From a virus (Duplodnaviria > Caudoviricetes): a stretch of DNA of 64,000 bases. A program made the translations under genes and the position numbers. The notes under the pieces are model-generated. The model was not told the origin of the DNA and made no database searches. It saw nothing but the letters and a program-made list of their open reading frames with translations. Position 1 is the stretch's first letter. Each line of letters opens with the position of its first letter. Below, one piece after another: positions 24,562 to 33,910 of the stretch. Where the stretch lies: IMG/VR virus record IMGVR_UViG_3300042881_004206. The stretch is one strand, 5' to 3'.

Positions 24562-24897
24562 ATGTCTAATGTTGTTCGTAAAGGTAAGCAAAATCGTCAC
24601 GAAAAGATTACACAGGTTCTTCTTTCTGGTAAGCCTGTATCTCCTGATGAGATTCGTGCTGTATTCAAGGATACCGACCAAGAAAAGGTAATGTATCGAC
24701 TGAGTACAAACATTTATAACATTCGCCTTGATGGTGGTATTATCAAAGTTCACAAGACTGGTCGTACTGTAACCGCTTATCAACTCGTGAATTTTGAAGA
24801 ATTCAATTCTGAAGGTCGTTATGTGGGTAAGCAAAACAAGGTTAACCCTAATCCTGTAACTGTTGAGGTTGAAAATAACGAAACTGTTGAGGTCTAA
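24562..24897 (+). CDS. Putative winged-helix DNA-binding protein
   Basis: KITQVLLSGKPVSPDEI...RLSTNIYNIRLDGGII...AYQL helix-helix-helix-wing pattern. Confidence 0.6.
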   Translation: MSNVVRKGKQNRHEKITQVLLSGKPVSPDEIRAVFKDTDQEKVMYRLSTNIYNIRLDGGIIKVHKTGRTVTAYQLVNFEEFNSEGRYVGKQNKVNPNPVTVEVENNETVEV

Positions 24898-24939
24898 TAT
24901 GATCACGGTATATAACCGAATAGAAGGAGTGGACGAATA

Positions 24940-25332
24940 ATGGCACTTTGGAAAATTACACCTACATGGAAAAAATCCATTGTAGAAGTTCAAGAATGGG
25001 TAAAGCCCGGTTCTGATGATGTTATCACGCACGAAATTGGTTGGCGTTGGGGTGAATTCTTTATTGAAACTGAGGATGATAATCCACCTAAAATCGAAGA
25101 AGGTGTGGACATGTTTAATCTCCCTGATGACCTAACTTGTGACGATTGGTCTACAGAAGATGGTTGTTGGGAAGAAACAGATATTGAAATTGATGATGAA
25201 AATGAACACGAAGAAGTTGAAGAATTCTTGTCTGAAAATTCTATCTATGATCTAGAAGAAAAAGATTGGGTATTGTCCGATTCATACATGTACATTAATT
25301 GTGAATTGAATATCGAACGGGTTGAAGACTAA
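24940..25332 (+). CDS. Acidic hypothetical protein
   Basis: AAGGAG SD. Confidence 0.75.
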   Translation: MALWKITPTWKKSIVEVQEWVKPGSDDVITHEIGWRWGEFFIETEDDNPPKIEEGVDMFNLPDDLTCDDWSTEDGCWEETDIEIDDENEHEEVEEFLSENSIYDLEEKDWVLSDSYMYINCELNIERVED

Positions 25333-25514
25333 CTTCAATAATTTCCATGATTATTCTTAAAGATTTTTTAGATTTTTTAAGGTACTGTACATTCAAGGAA
25401 ATTAAAACTCTTTTTATATTATTTTTTGTTAGCTTGCTTCAATTATTTGTTCCTCTTTTTCTGTTTTATTCAATCTATATAATATATACAACATAAACTT
25501 TTGGAAAATTTATT

Positions 25515-25853
25515 ATGTCTAGAAAAAAATTGTTTCTTGTTGAAACCATTTCTATGTTTCGTCATAGGTATGTGGTGAAAGCAAAGGAAGAATCTCATGC
25601 TCTTGATGAGGTTGTGATGAATGTTGGTTCAGATTATAAAGATTGTTTCGAAGAATTTTCACAATATCATATCGATGAGGTGATTTCTTCATCTAGACCT
25701 ATTTCTAAAGAAGAATATTTTGAATTGTTTGATAAAGATAATAACTATCTGAAGAATTGGAACGAAAAACAAAAGCTTCGTTTCATTAATGTAATTGACT
25801 ATGAGGAAGATAATCATGGCGACAACCAAGAAAACGACAAAAGCCTCGACTGA
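25515..25853 (+). CDS. Hypothetical protein
   Basis: LVETISMFR.RYVV...EFSQ.HI.E family. Confidence 0.75.
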   Translation: MSRKKLFLVETISMFRHRYVVKAKEESHALDEVVMNVGSDYKDCFEEFSQYHIDEVISSSRPISKEEYFELFDKDNNYLKNWNEKQKLRFINVIDYEEDNHGDNQENDKSLD

Positions 25854-26031
25854 AAAGAAAACACGGGTATCAATTAAAAAGGCAATTGATAACATTCAAT
25901 CCACACAAGTGTTTTTTCCTAAAGTGACTGTAGGTTCTCACTTAACGGTTACAGAATTTGCTAATGGTGCAACATATCTCGCATGGAATGATGATGCACT
26001 ACTGAAAGAAATTCAGGCAGCAACAAAATGA
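25816..26031 (+). CDS. Hypothetical protein
   Basis: GAGG SD before ATG 25816. Confidence 0.65.
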   Translation: MATTKKTTKASTEKKTRVSIKKAIDNIQSTQVFFPKVTVGSHLTVTEFANGATYLAWNDDALLKEIQAATK

Positions 26032-26732
26032 AGGTATATATCTCCCGATATCGTAATCATTGGCTGAGTCCTTATACTATCCTAGAAAAGGTTTGTTTTT
26101 GGGAAAAAGATAGGGATGTATTCTATAATCTGGAAGACAAACCAGACCACAAGTATGAAAAATGGGTTAATTTTTTGACTCCAATTTGTCAATCTCTGCA
26201 AAAGTTCCTTGATTTTGTTCATCCTCGTGTTGAGTATGTCAAGATTGATTACTACGATACTTGGAACATGGACCGAACTATAGGTTTGATTGCTCTCCCT
26301 ATGTTGAAGCAATTGAAAGAAAAGAAACACGGTTCACCATTTGTTGACCTTGAGGATGTGCCAGAGTATCTCCGTGCAACCACAACGGAAGAATATGATG
26401 GTCAGTCTACTTTTGATTTCTACAAAGAACATAAAGTAAAAGAAGGTGAATGTGATATTCATGCACGCTGGGAATGGGTGATGAACGAAATGATTTTCGC
26501 TTTCGAACATCACCTAGATGATTCTTGGGAAGAAAAATATCGTAGTGGTGTTATTGATTGGAAAAATCAACCGTGTGCATGGGATGAAAATGGTAAGGCC
26601 ACATTGTTTAAAACATCGAATGGACCAAATCATACATATGAATGTGATTATGATGGTATGGATGTAGTATACAAAAGAATTCAAAATGGTTTCAGGCTTT
26701 TCGGTAAATACTATCAAGGTCTGTGGGACTGA
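26028..26732 (+). CDS. Conserved T4-like hypothetical protein
   Basis: VKIDYYDTWNMD...PMLKQLK..KHG.P.VD.EDVP...GFRLFGKYY..LWD. Confidence 0.8.
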   Translation: MKVYISRYRNHWLSPYTILEKVCFWEKDRDVFYNLEDKPDHKYEKWVNFLTPICQSLQKFLDFVHPRVEYVKIDYYDTWNMDRTIGLIALPMLKQLKEKKHGSPFVDLEDVPEYLRATTTEEYDGQSTFDFYKEHKVKEGECDIHARWEWVMNEMIFAFEHHLDDSWEEKYRSGVIDWKNQPCAWDENGKATLFKTSNGPNHTYECDYDGMDVVYKRIQNGFRLFGKYYQGLWD

Positions 26733-27028
26733 TGGCAAGAAAAAAGAAAGAACAGGAAATATTACTTGACGATTTTCCTTATCCAATTAGAACTCAAAAC
26801 GCAGTGTACTTCTACTTAAACAGATATAAACCAAAATACTTTTTAGGTGATCCTGTCAAAGGCGTATATCAAGGAAAACCTTGGAAAGGTACTGTTGCAA
26901 ACGACACACTAGTAAGTGAGGAAGAAGGTCCTTATGTCCTGGTGTTTTTGGATAAACCTATTATGGTTGACAATGAAGAACGAACTATGTTAAAATTAAA
27001 ACATGATGAGGTGAAAGAATCGAAATGA
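26732..27028 (+). CDS. Hypothetical protein
   Basis: TGATG-coupled. Confidence 0.7.
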   Translation: MARKKKEQEILLDDFPYPIRTQNAVYFYLNRYKPKYFLGDPVKGVYQGKPWKGTVANDTLVSEEEGPYVLVFLDKPIMVDNEERTMLKLKHDEVKESK

Positions 27029-27498
27029 GCAATTTGAAATCACACGCTTGGAATGAATTTAAAGCTGCAGGTTGGCTTGATGAACACGGTAAGTTCAAAG
27101 ATGAAATGCAAGAAGCTATTTGCACTCATGTATTGAAATTGCTTGATGTTTTTGCTGATGAAGGACATTCTGGTTCTTCTGCGCCATATGCACTTAACAT
27201 ATTCAAGGAACTGGCCATGTTTGAACCAATTGCACCATTAACTGGTGAAGATTGGGAATGGAGTGATGTGAGTGATTATGGCACCGGTAATTCACTATGG
27301 CAAAACAAACGATGCAGTCATGTTTTCAAAGACTCAAATGGTGCATATGATAGTAATGGTGTCGTATGGTGGGAATGGTACACCGATAAAGAAACTGGTG
27401 AAAAATTTAAGTCACATTTTACTAATTTTAAAAGTCGAGTGCCCGTAACTTTTCCGTATACACCAAAAACTGAATATAAAGAATGGATTGAATCGTGA
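27025..27498 (+). CDS. Hypothetical protein
   Basis: F.DEGHSGSSA...P..PLTGED.EW...QNKRCS.VFK family. Confidence 0.8.
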   Translation: MSNLKSHAWNEFKAAGWLDEHGKFKDEMQEAICTHVLKLLDVFADEGHSGSSAPYALNIFKELAMFEPIAPLTGEDWEWSDVSDYGTGNSLWQNKRCSHVFKDSNGAYDSNGVVWWEWYTDKETGEKFKSHFTNFKSRVPVTFPYTPKTEYKEWIES

Positions 27499-27752
27499 TA
27501 ATGACTTTGATACATTACATTTCTGCCAGCCGAAGGTTGAATGAATGTGAAAAAACTGTTATGATGTTGGGTGGATCACAATACCATGATGATGGTATTC
27601 CTTCACAGATGGCTGCACAAAGAGAAATGATTAAGCGAGAGGTTGAATATTATGGTGAGAGGTTACAATTTTGGATGTATTTGTCACCAGTAATTTTGTT
27701 AATTTTAATTATGGTTGTTATGTTCTCAATTCATTTTGGAGTGTTTAAATGA
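27495..27752 (+). CDS. Membrane-anchored hypothetical protein
   Basis: C-terminal TM. Confidence 0.65.
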   Translation: MIMTLIHYISASRRLNECEKTVMMLGGSQYHDDGIPSQMAAQREMIKREVEYYGERLQFWMYLSPVILLILIMVVMFSIHFGVFK

Positions 27753-28003
27753 AAAAAATTGTTGATTGGTTTGTAAATAATTTGCCCCTTATTTTGTTGT
27801 TTAGTTCATTTACAATTCTAATTGTATATGTTTACTCTCTGCCCGATAGAGAATACACAAGACAATCCGAACCACTCAAAGAATTCAAAGATGGTATTCA
27901 AAATCATCTTGTATGGTCACTGAAAGGTGAGTGTTACTTTGTTCGACCAAATGACGATGTTACTGTCTATTTGATTCGTGTTAATGATTGTGATAAAAAG
28001 TAA
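27749..28003 (+). CDS. Membrane-anchored hypothetical protein
   Basis: N-terminal TM. Confidence 0.65.
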   Translation: MKKIVDWFVNNLPLILLFSSFTILIVYVYSLPDREYTRQSEPLKEFKDGIQNHLVWSLKGECYFVRPNDDVTVYLIRVNDCDKK

Positions 28004-28013
28004 GGAGAAAACT

Positions 28014-28289
28014 ATGTCCATGTTTGTTGAAGTCGATTCTATTGAAAAAGGTTGTCCAGTTATTGTTAATCTGGACCAAGTTGTTGAAATTGCACCACTT
28101 CATGCCGGTGGCTGTGCGATTTTCTTTACTGATGGTGCAGGCATGAATTCAAAATCAGCAATGAAGGTCACAAACGAATATAGTGAATTCAAACAATTTG
28201 TTTTGCAAACTGTTTCAGCAAAAGATATTGAACGCCGTTTTCCTTCCAAAAAGAAGGAAACTGCTGAAGTAGAGATTCCTAAGCTATGA
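28014..28289 (+). CDS. Hypothetical protein
   Basis: AAGGAG SD before ATG 28014. Confidence 0.7.
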   Translation: MSMFVEVDSIEKGCPVIVNLDQVVEIAPLHAGGCAIFFTDGAGMNSKSAMKVTNEYSEFKQFVLQTVSAKDIERRFPSKKKETAEVEIPKL

Positions 28290-28489
28290 ACAAGTTTACA
28301 TTAAAAATGGAACAACCTGAATTTAATCGGGTTGTTGAGGTTTCTTTTGAAGAAGAATATCTAGATAATGTTGTGATGCAACTAGATATGTTTCTCAAAG
28401 GATGTGGATATGTGTTTAGTCAACTTGAAGTGTTTGAAGAAAAGACCACTCATATTGATTTTGACACACCTTCGGATGTGAGGGTATAA
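28286..28489 (+). CDS. Hypothetical protein
   Basis: L..VV.....FLKGCGY family. Confidence 0.7.
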   Translation: MNKFTLKMEQPEFNRVVEVSFEEEYLDNVVMQLDMFLKGCGYVFSQLEVFEEKTTHIDFDTPSDVRV

Positions 28490-28950
28490 TGAATCGCAAT
28501 CAAGCAATTGATATTCTCGGCCGTACAGGTGAGAAAATTATCGCAAATATGTTGATTGAACTTGGTTTAAATGTCCAAGAATCGATTGACCATTTCGATT
28601 CTGAAAAAGATTTTCTTGTTGATGGTAAAAAAGTCGAGGTAAAAACCGAACAACCGTATGTGCGCGAAAATTCTTTTTCTTTCAGAGAAAATCAATTGCG
28701 TAAATGCAGGAATGTAGATGTTTTGTATTTTGTTTCGATTCCACCACTATATCGACCAGATTATAAATGGGGCGGCTGGATTTTCCGTGCAGAACCACAA
28801 AACTTCAGGCACTTTAATTTTACAACAAAATTTGGTACTAAAATGATCGGTGTGCCTATTGAACAAGATGCATTAATTCCCGTTAAAAAAATGACTGATG
28901 AGGAAATTAATGAGTTATTGAAATACGCAGAATCAGCTTATGCAAAATGA
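28489..28950 (+). CDS. PD-(D/E)xK nuclease-like protein
   Basis: GEKII...EKDFLVDGKKVEVKT. Confidence 0.7.
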   Translation: MNRNQAIDILGRTGEKIIANMLIELGLNVQESIDHFDSEKDFLVDGKKVEVKTEQPYVRENSFSFRENQLRKCRNVDVLYFVSIPPLYRPDYKWGGWIFRAEPQNFRHFNFTTKFGTKMIGVPIEQDALIPVKKMTDEEINELLKYAESAYAK

Positions 28951-29234
28951 ATGACATATTAGCAGATATATTTGATTGGATAAAAGATGATTTCAGGTCT
29001 AATCCTTTTAGGTTTACTGTCGAGCTTGTGGCTTGGGCAATATCTATTGGCTGTTCAATTACGATGGCAGCCACAGTCCCCAATCCTCCTTTATTTGTTT
29101 TATATCCTCTTTGGATTTGTGGGTGTGCTATGTACGCTTGGGCTGCTTGGACTCGCAAATCTTTTGGCATGCTCGCTAACTATGTACTGTTAACAACAAT
29201 TGATACTATTGGATTGATAAGGATGTTAACATAA
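28947..29234 (+). CDS. Small multi-TM membrane protein
   Basis: Three hydrophobic segments. Confidence 0.75.
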   Translation: MNDILADIFDWIKDDFRSNPFRFTVELVAWAISIGCSITMAATVPNPPLFVLYPLWICGCAMYAWAAWTRKSFGMLANYVLLTTIDTIGLIRMLT

Positions 29235-29235
29235 C

Positions 29236-29264
29236 TTGCCATTTACTGGATAATGTGATACACT
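29236..29264 (+). promoter_or_regulatory. sigma70 promoter TTGCCA-17-TACACT (likely leaderless transcript)
   Basis: ATG 29272 lies 7 nt after the -10 box. Confidence 0.75.
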
Positions 29265-29271
29265 ATACATT

Positions 29272-29850
29272 ATGAATATTTTTTATCTAGATAATGATCC
29301 CAAAACATGCGCAGAAATGCATGTTGATAAACATGTGGTAAAAATGATCATTGAATATTGCCAACTCATGTCCACGGCTCATCGTGTAATTGATGGTGAA
29401 GAATATACTGATCTTACAGCCAATGGTCGCCGGATCAAACGGTGGCGCCTTGATGATGATCGAGAACATACTTTGATGAAGGCATCACACATTAATCATC
29501 CTAGTGCAATCTGGTGCCGAGAAAACCACGAAAACTATCTTTGGCTTTATAATCTTTTGCGGCATCTATGTGAAGAATACACATATCGTTACGAAAAACA
29601 ACATTCATGTTCCAGGTTGTTGCCCATTTTGCGATTTTTACCAAACAATATTCCTCTAGGTGATTTTTTCCCACCAACTCCAGCCATGCCTACCGAACTC
29701 AAAGTAGTTGCTGAAAATCCATTGCCTGGTAGAAAATATGATTCTTTGAAATCTTATCATAAATACTATATAACGGAGAAAATCCGTTTTGCAAAATGGA
29801 AAAATCGTAATGTCCCGGAGTGGTTTAATGCCAACATATCAATTTCTTAA
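29272..29850 (+). CDS. DenV-related pyrimidine-dimer glycosylase family protein
   Basis: MNIFYLD..P...A..HVDKHVVKMI.EY.Q..STAHR...H.NHPSAIW.R. Confidence 0.8.
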   Translation: MNIFYLDNDPKTCAEMHVDKHVVKMIIEYCQLMSTAHRVIDGEEYTDLTANGRRIKRWRLDDDREHTLMKASHINHPSAIWCRENHENYLWLYNLLRHLCEEYTYRYEKQHSCSRLLPILRFLPNNIPLGDFFPPTPAMPTELKVVAENPLPGRKYDSLKSYHKYYITEKIRFAKWKNRNVPEWFNANISIS

Positions 29851-30109
29851 TTCAAATACAAACGAAGTCGAAGATCATACGATGAAAATGTCGGATCTCG
29901 ATAAATTTAAAGAAGATAATCCACACCTTCAGAGATATTTCTCCGCAGAATCATTGCCAGGTTTCGGTGATTCTATGCGTATGAGTGTGCCGGGCTATGG
30001 CCAAGGTGTAGCAGCTTTTGAACAGGGTGTCATACAAAGAATTAAAGACACAGTGCCAGGTAATAACTTGCACAGAACACATAAAACAAAAGCACCAAAG
30101 GAATGGTAA
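29828..30109 (+). CDS. FmdB-like small regulatory protein (Cys-less)
   Basis: MPTYQF...TNEVEDH.MK..DLD.FK..NP pattern. Confidence 0.65.
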   Translation: MPTYQFLNSNTNEVEDHTMKMSDLDKFKEDNPHLQRYFSAESLPGFGDSMRMSVPGYGQGVAAFEQGVIQRIKDTVPGNNLHRTHKTKAPKEW

Positions 30110-30241
30110 TGGCTCAAATTCCAGTTCTATTTTTACCGAAAGGATCACATGGTAAAAAAACCTCCGTAGTTGCATCTCCTATTGTAATTGAACAAAAAAA
30201 GAAAACAATTAAAATTGCTGCCTTATTAAAGGGGAAAATGC

Positions 30242-30994
30242 ATGGTCACCAGAAAAACCTCAATGAAACTAGTCAACAATATCGAGGAAGAAAAAACAAA
30301 TACAACAAATCATACACTCAAAATAAAACTAGATCATCTTAAAACTTTTGACCCCTTAACTGATAATCAAAAAAAGTTTTTTGATGCATATAAAAGAGGT
30401 GATTATTTCGTAGCATTGCATGGTGTTGCAGGCACCGGTAAAACATTTTGTGCAATGTATAAAGCACTGGAAGAAGTATTGGATAAAACGAATCCTTTTC
30501 GAAAAATTATTGTAGTTAGGTCTGCGGTTCAATCTCGGGAAATTGGTCATCTGCCAGGTGATGTAACTGACAAGATGGAAATTTATCAACAACCATATAG
30601 ACAAATTTGTGAAACTTTATTTGGCCGTAAAGATGCGTATCAGAGACTAGAAGAACAAGGTTATATTGAGTTTATATCAACCAGTTTTATTCGTGGTATG
30701 AGTTTTGATGATGCAATTATTGTTGTTGATGAAATGCAGAATATGACATTTGAAGAAATTGATACAGTTATGACGCGAGTTGGATATAGGTCAAAAATTA
30801 TTTGGTGCGGCGACTATAGACAAACTGATCTGAACAAAAAGAAGAATGATGTGAGTGGTATTTTGAAGTTTTTTGATATTGCACATCATATGAACGCATT
30901 TACAAGAATTGAATTTACAGCAGACGATATTGTCCGCAGTAGTTTAGTCAAAGATTATATACTAGCTAAAATAAAATATGAAGATTTAACATAA
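30242..30994 (+). CDS. phoH: PhoH family ATPase
   Basis: PLTDNQ, GVAGTGKT, IGHLPG, FIRGMSF, VDEMQN, GDYRQTD, DIVRS. Confidence 0.95.
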   Translation: MVTRKTSMKLVNNIEEEKTNTTNHTLKIKLDHLKTFDPLTDNQKKFFDAYKRGDYFVALHGVAGTGKTFCAMYKALEEVLDKTNPFRKIIVVRSAVQSREIGHLPGDVTDKMEIYQQPYRQICETLFGRKDAYQRLEEQGYIEFISTSFIRGMSFDDAIIVVDEMQNMTFEEIDTVMTRVGYRSKIIWCGDYRQTDLNKKKNDVSGILKFFDIAHHMNAFTRIEFTADDIVRSSLVKDYILAKIKYEDLT

Positions 30995-31650
30995 TGTTTC
31001 AATATTGCACACCTAAAAACTTAAAAAATTTAAAATCTGAAACTTTTCCTGACGGCAAAAGATACTACACATTAGAAGATGGTACTCGTTTGCCATCTGT
31101 CACTACAGTTATTGGCGCTCAGAAAAAGAAAGCCATCATGGAATGGCGCAAACGTGTAGGTGAGCAAGAAGCAAATAGAATTTCTAGACAAGCATCTGGC
31201 CGAGGAACCAATGTGCATACATTGTGTGAAAGGTATTTGAACAATGAATCTCTTGGTGATATCATGCCAGATGCAAAAGAAATGTTCTTTTCAATTAAGC
31301 CATATCTGAATAAAATTAACAATATTCATTATCAAGAGGCTGCTCTTTGGTCTAAAAAATTAGGAATGGCAGGCCGTGTTGATTGTATTGCAGAATATGA
31401 TGGTGTTTTATCAGTTATTGATTTTAAAACATCCAAAAGAATTAAGAATGCAGAAGACATTCAAGATTACTTCTGGCAAACGACAGCATATGCTATCATG
31501 TATGAAGAATTGGTAGGAACACCAATTAATGATTTGATTATTATTATGGCTGTTGATAACGAAAAACCACTAATCTTTAAAGAGAAGACAAAAGATCATA
31601 TCGAAGGACTATCTAAAGCTATAGATTTTTATCATAAATCTTTGAAATGA
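30994..31650 (+). CDS. PD-(D/E)xK exonuclease
   Basis: PSVTTV, RGTNVH, AGRVDCIA, IDFKTS, YFWQ..AYA. Confidence 0.9.
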   Translation: MFQYCTPKNLKNLKSETFPDGKRYYTLEDGTRLPSVTTVIGAQKKKAIMEWRKRVGEQEANRISRQASGRGTNVHTLCERYLNNESLGDIMPDAKEMFFSIKPYLNKINNIHYQEAALWSKKLGMAGRVDCIAEYDGVLSVIDFKTSKRIKNAEDIQDYFWQTTAYAIMYEELVGTPINDLIIIMAVDNEKPLIFKEKTKDHIEGLSKAIDFYHKSLK

Positions 31651-32468
31651 AACCCGTTGCAACATGGTCTTTTGACCCATGGTTTCAAAAAACATATTGG
31701 AAAGATACACAGTTGATGGTGGCTTCAATGCGAGCCAGTATACTGAGTATTAATGAATTTTTTAGTAAACCAAAAATATACACGGATACACTCACAAAAG
31801 ATGTAATTGATCATCTTGAATTGAATTGTGATGTTGTTGTTGCATATGACAACATTTATCAAAAAGATAATGTTGATTTAAAATTCTGGATGTATACGAA
31901 GTTGTTGACATATCAACAGCAAAAGGAAAGTTATTTTCATTTTGATTTTGACTTCATAGTACACAAAAAAATTGATGAATCATATTTTGATGCGGATTTA
32001 AGCTTTCAACATCTGGAAGAATATCCAAATGGTCAAGTTTATTTGCAACACACAGACTATGAAATATTTTTACCGGAAATTTTTTATCGTTATGACTTGA
32101 CCAAAGTTTTATATCCAAATTTGGGATTTCTATATTTTCGAGATATGAATCTGAATCAAGAGTATTGTAATCTTGCAATAGAAATGGTCAAAAGAAACAG
32201 TACATATAAATTTGAACTTCCTAAAAATTTATTTGTTAATTGTATAGTCGAACAACAACTTCTAGGTTTGATGATTAAAGAGAGGTCGAAAAAATATAAA
32301 ACCTTTATAAATCATCGTGATAAGTCAGTCAATGAAAATTTTCATCATTATTTCAATAACTTAAAAAACAGTCCAATTGCAAGACAGAATTTGAGTCCTT
32401 ACATAAATAGGAAAGTAATAGATGTTGCTAAGTATCTACAACATCTGAAAAGTCAACAAAAAAACTAA
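31647..32468 (+). CDS. Hypothetical protein, glycosyltransferase-like
   Basis: FW..TKLLTY..Q..SYFHFDFD (DxD), PNLG, VEQ..L. Confidence 0.6.
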   Translation: MKPVATWSFDPWFQKTYWKDTQLMVASMRASILSINEFFSKPKIYTDTLTKDVIDHLELNCDVVVAYDNIYQKDNVDLKFWMYTKLLTYQQQKESYFHFDFDFIVHKKIDESYFDADLSFQHLEEYPNGQVYLQHTDYEIFLPEIFYRYDLTKVLYPNLGFLYFRDMNLNQEYCNLAIEMVKRNSTYKFELPKNLFVNCIVEQQLLGLMIKERSKKYKTFINHRDKSVNENFHHYFNNLKNSPIARQNLSPYINRKVIDVAKYLQHLKSQQKN

Positions 32469-32471
32469 ATA
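32464..32471 (+). promoter_or_regulatory. T4-type late promoter (TAAATA)
   Basis: actaaata 27 nt upstream of ORF 32499. Confidence 0.55.
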
Positions 32472-32498
32472 TTTTGCAATCGATAACTTTTTAAACAT

Positions 32499-33095
32499 AT
32501 GACAATTAAATCATCAGGCGCACTATCCATATCAGAAATAAACGCCGAATTTGGTCTTGGTACCAATTTGGGTGCATACCGTGGTGTCACTTGGTATACG
32601 GATGCTGGCGGTAGTGGAACCTTTGCGTCAACTGATTTGGCTATGAGTGCTTTTTATGGTAAAAGCAAAAATCCTGCTGGCGGTACAACAGGAGAGCCTT
32701 ACTCTGGTTCAGCTTATGGTGATTTGTGGACAGGTGGATTCCCAGCTAATCCACCAAGAATTCAGTTGGTATTTTATTCAAATGGAACATGGAACGGCGT
32801 AGCTCTTTTGTCCGGCCAAACTTATTCGGGAAATTGGTTTACGCCGACCACTTCTGGCATAGGTTCAAGTTATTCTATACGATTTACAAGAACTACTACT
32901 TACGGTTTTAATGGAACATCCACAGCATCGACTGGTTTCTTAGCACTAAACTCAAATCCAGCAATTACTGTAGAAAGAACTACTACTGGAAACGGACTTT
33001 ATGCTGCTCTATATACGATTGAAATTAGAAATTCTTCTGGAACTATAGTAAGTACCTCAACAAATGTTGAGTTATCAGCAGAAGTTTCAGTTTAA
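32499..33095 (+). CDS. Probable virion/fibre-associated protein
   Basis: M.I.SSGALSISEINAEFG N-terminus typical of fibre/adhesin proteins; Gly/Ser/Thr-rich; late promoter. Confidence 0.65.
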   Translation: MTIKSSGALSISEINAEFGLGTNLGAYRGVTWYTDAGGSGTFASTDLAMSAFYGKSKNPAGGTTGEPYSGSAYGDLWTGGFPANPPRIQLVFYSNGTWNGVALLSGQTYSGNWFTPTTSGIGSSYSIRFTRTTTYGFNGTSTASTGFLALNSNPAITVERTTTGNGLYAALYTIEIRNSSGTIVSTSTNVELSAEVSV

Positions 33096-33110
33096 TTACC
33101 AAAATTAGTA

Positions 33111-33139
33111 TTGACAAAAATTAATTTGTAATGTATAAT
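33111..33139 (+). promoter_or_regulatory. sigma70 promoter TTGACA-17-TATAAT (drives small ORF and tmRNA)
   Basis: Perfect consensus. Confidence 0.9.
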
Positions 33140-33145
33140 GTGTGT

Positions 33146-33337
33146 ATGAACAGTTTAGAAAAAATTTGGGCAAGAGCAACTGGTCATCTGATGGGCAGTA
33201 CTGATGACGATAGACCAGATATTCCTATTCTCTCTCTGAGAGAAGCAAGAATATCGTTGTTCTTAAAAACATTTTGGGTAATAATTCATGTGATTACATG
33301 TTTCTTTATTATCGCAAATGTGATTCATCATTGGTAA
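33146..33337 (+). CDS. Small membrane protein (leaderless)
   Basis: ATG 6 nt after the -10 box; C-terminal TM. Confidence 0.7.
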   Translation: MNSLEKIWARATGHLMGSTDDDRPDIPILSLREARISLFLKTFWVIIHVITCFFIIANVIHHW

Positions 33338-33645
33338 GAATATTGCTGTATGAAACAAAGAGAAAAGTGTTCTGGACGTGGGTTCGACTCCCACCTGGTC
33401 CACCATAAGTTGATTTGCAGACCGTGCCACTTCTTGTAAAAAGAATCGTATTGCAGGACGGAATCAACTTATGATGGGCCAGTCATGGTATCGACAGGGC
33501 AAAGAGTAACAGAGTGGACAGCACGGTAGGCGATGACCGTAAATCAAGCAAATCAAGTAAATGCAAACGACGAAAAGTTCGCATTGGCTGCCTAATTAAA
33601 GGCGCCTAGGGTTCGGTGGGTTCCTCGTAACAGAATACCCACCCA
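33338..33645 (+). ncRNA. ssrA: Circularly permuted (two-piece) tmRNA; tag (A)ANDEKFALAA
   Basis: T-arm and ACCA end (33378-33405) precede the 5' GGGCCAG (33476); acceptor stem has G3.U70; tag frame 33563-33595; outer ends approximate. Confidence 0.93.
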
Positions 33646-33669
33646 TTTTCAACCTAACGGAGAAAAAAT

Positions 33670-33873
33670 ATGACTTCACCTGCTTACAGGGTTGGTATTA
33701 CACACACAGATGCAGAATGCACAAAACTTGGATGGGGCGTATACAAACTGAGAGAAGCACCGGAAGGTTCAAACGGTTATTATATGCTAATCAAAGCTTT
33801 TGAAGAAGAAACCGAAGCGAGAGAAAATTTAGCTCATCTACTTCAATTGGCACAAGAAGAAAAACCCTTCTAA
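33670..33873 (+). CDS. Hypothetical protein
   Basis: GGAG SD. Confidence 0.7.
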   Translation: MTSPAYRVGITHTDAECTKLGWGVYKLREAPEGSNGYYMLIKAFEEETEARENLAHLLQLAQEEKPF

Positions 33874-33910
33874 TCTTGTTCAACTACGGGTAATTATACC
33901 CACAAAAAAT

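Noticed and set aside
25333-25514. Hidden gene in the AT-rich gap
   Set aside because: Manual translation gave only short or start-less frames; no motif that I could assign.
33371-33405. Stand-alone tRNA or tRNA pseudogene (T-arm plus CCA)
   Set aside because: No anticodon arm; its acceptor partner lies downstream at 33476, so it is the acceptor piece of the permuted tmRNA.
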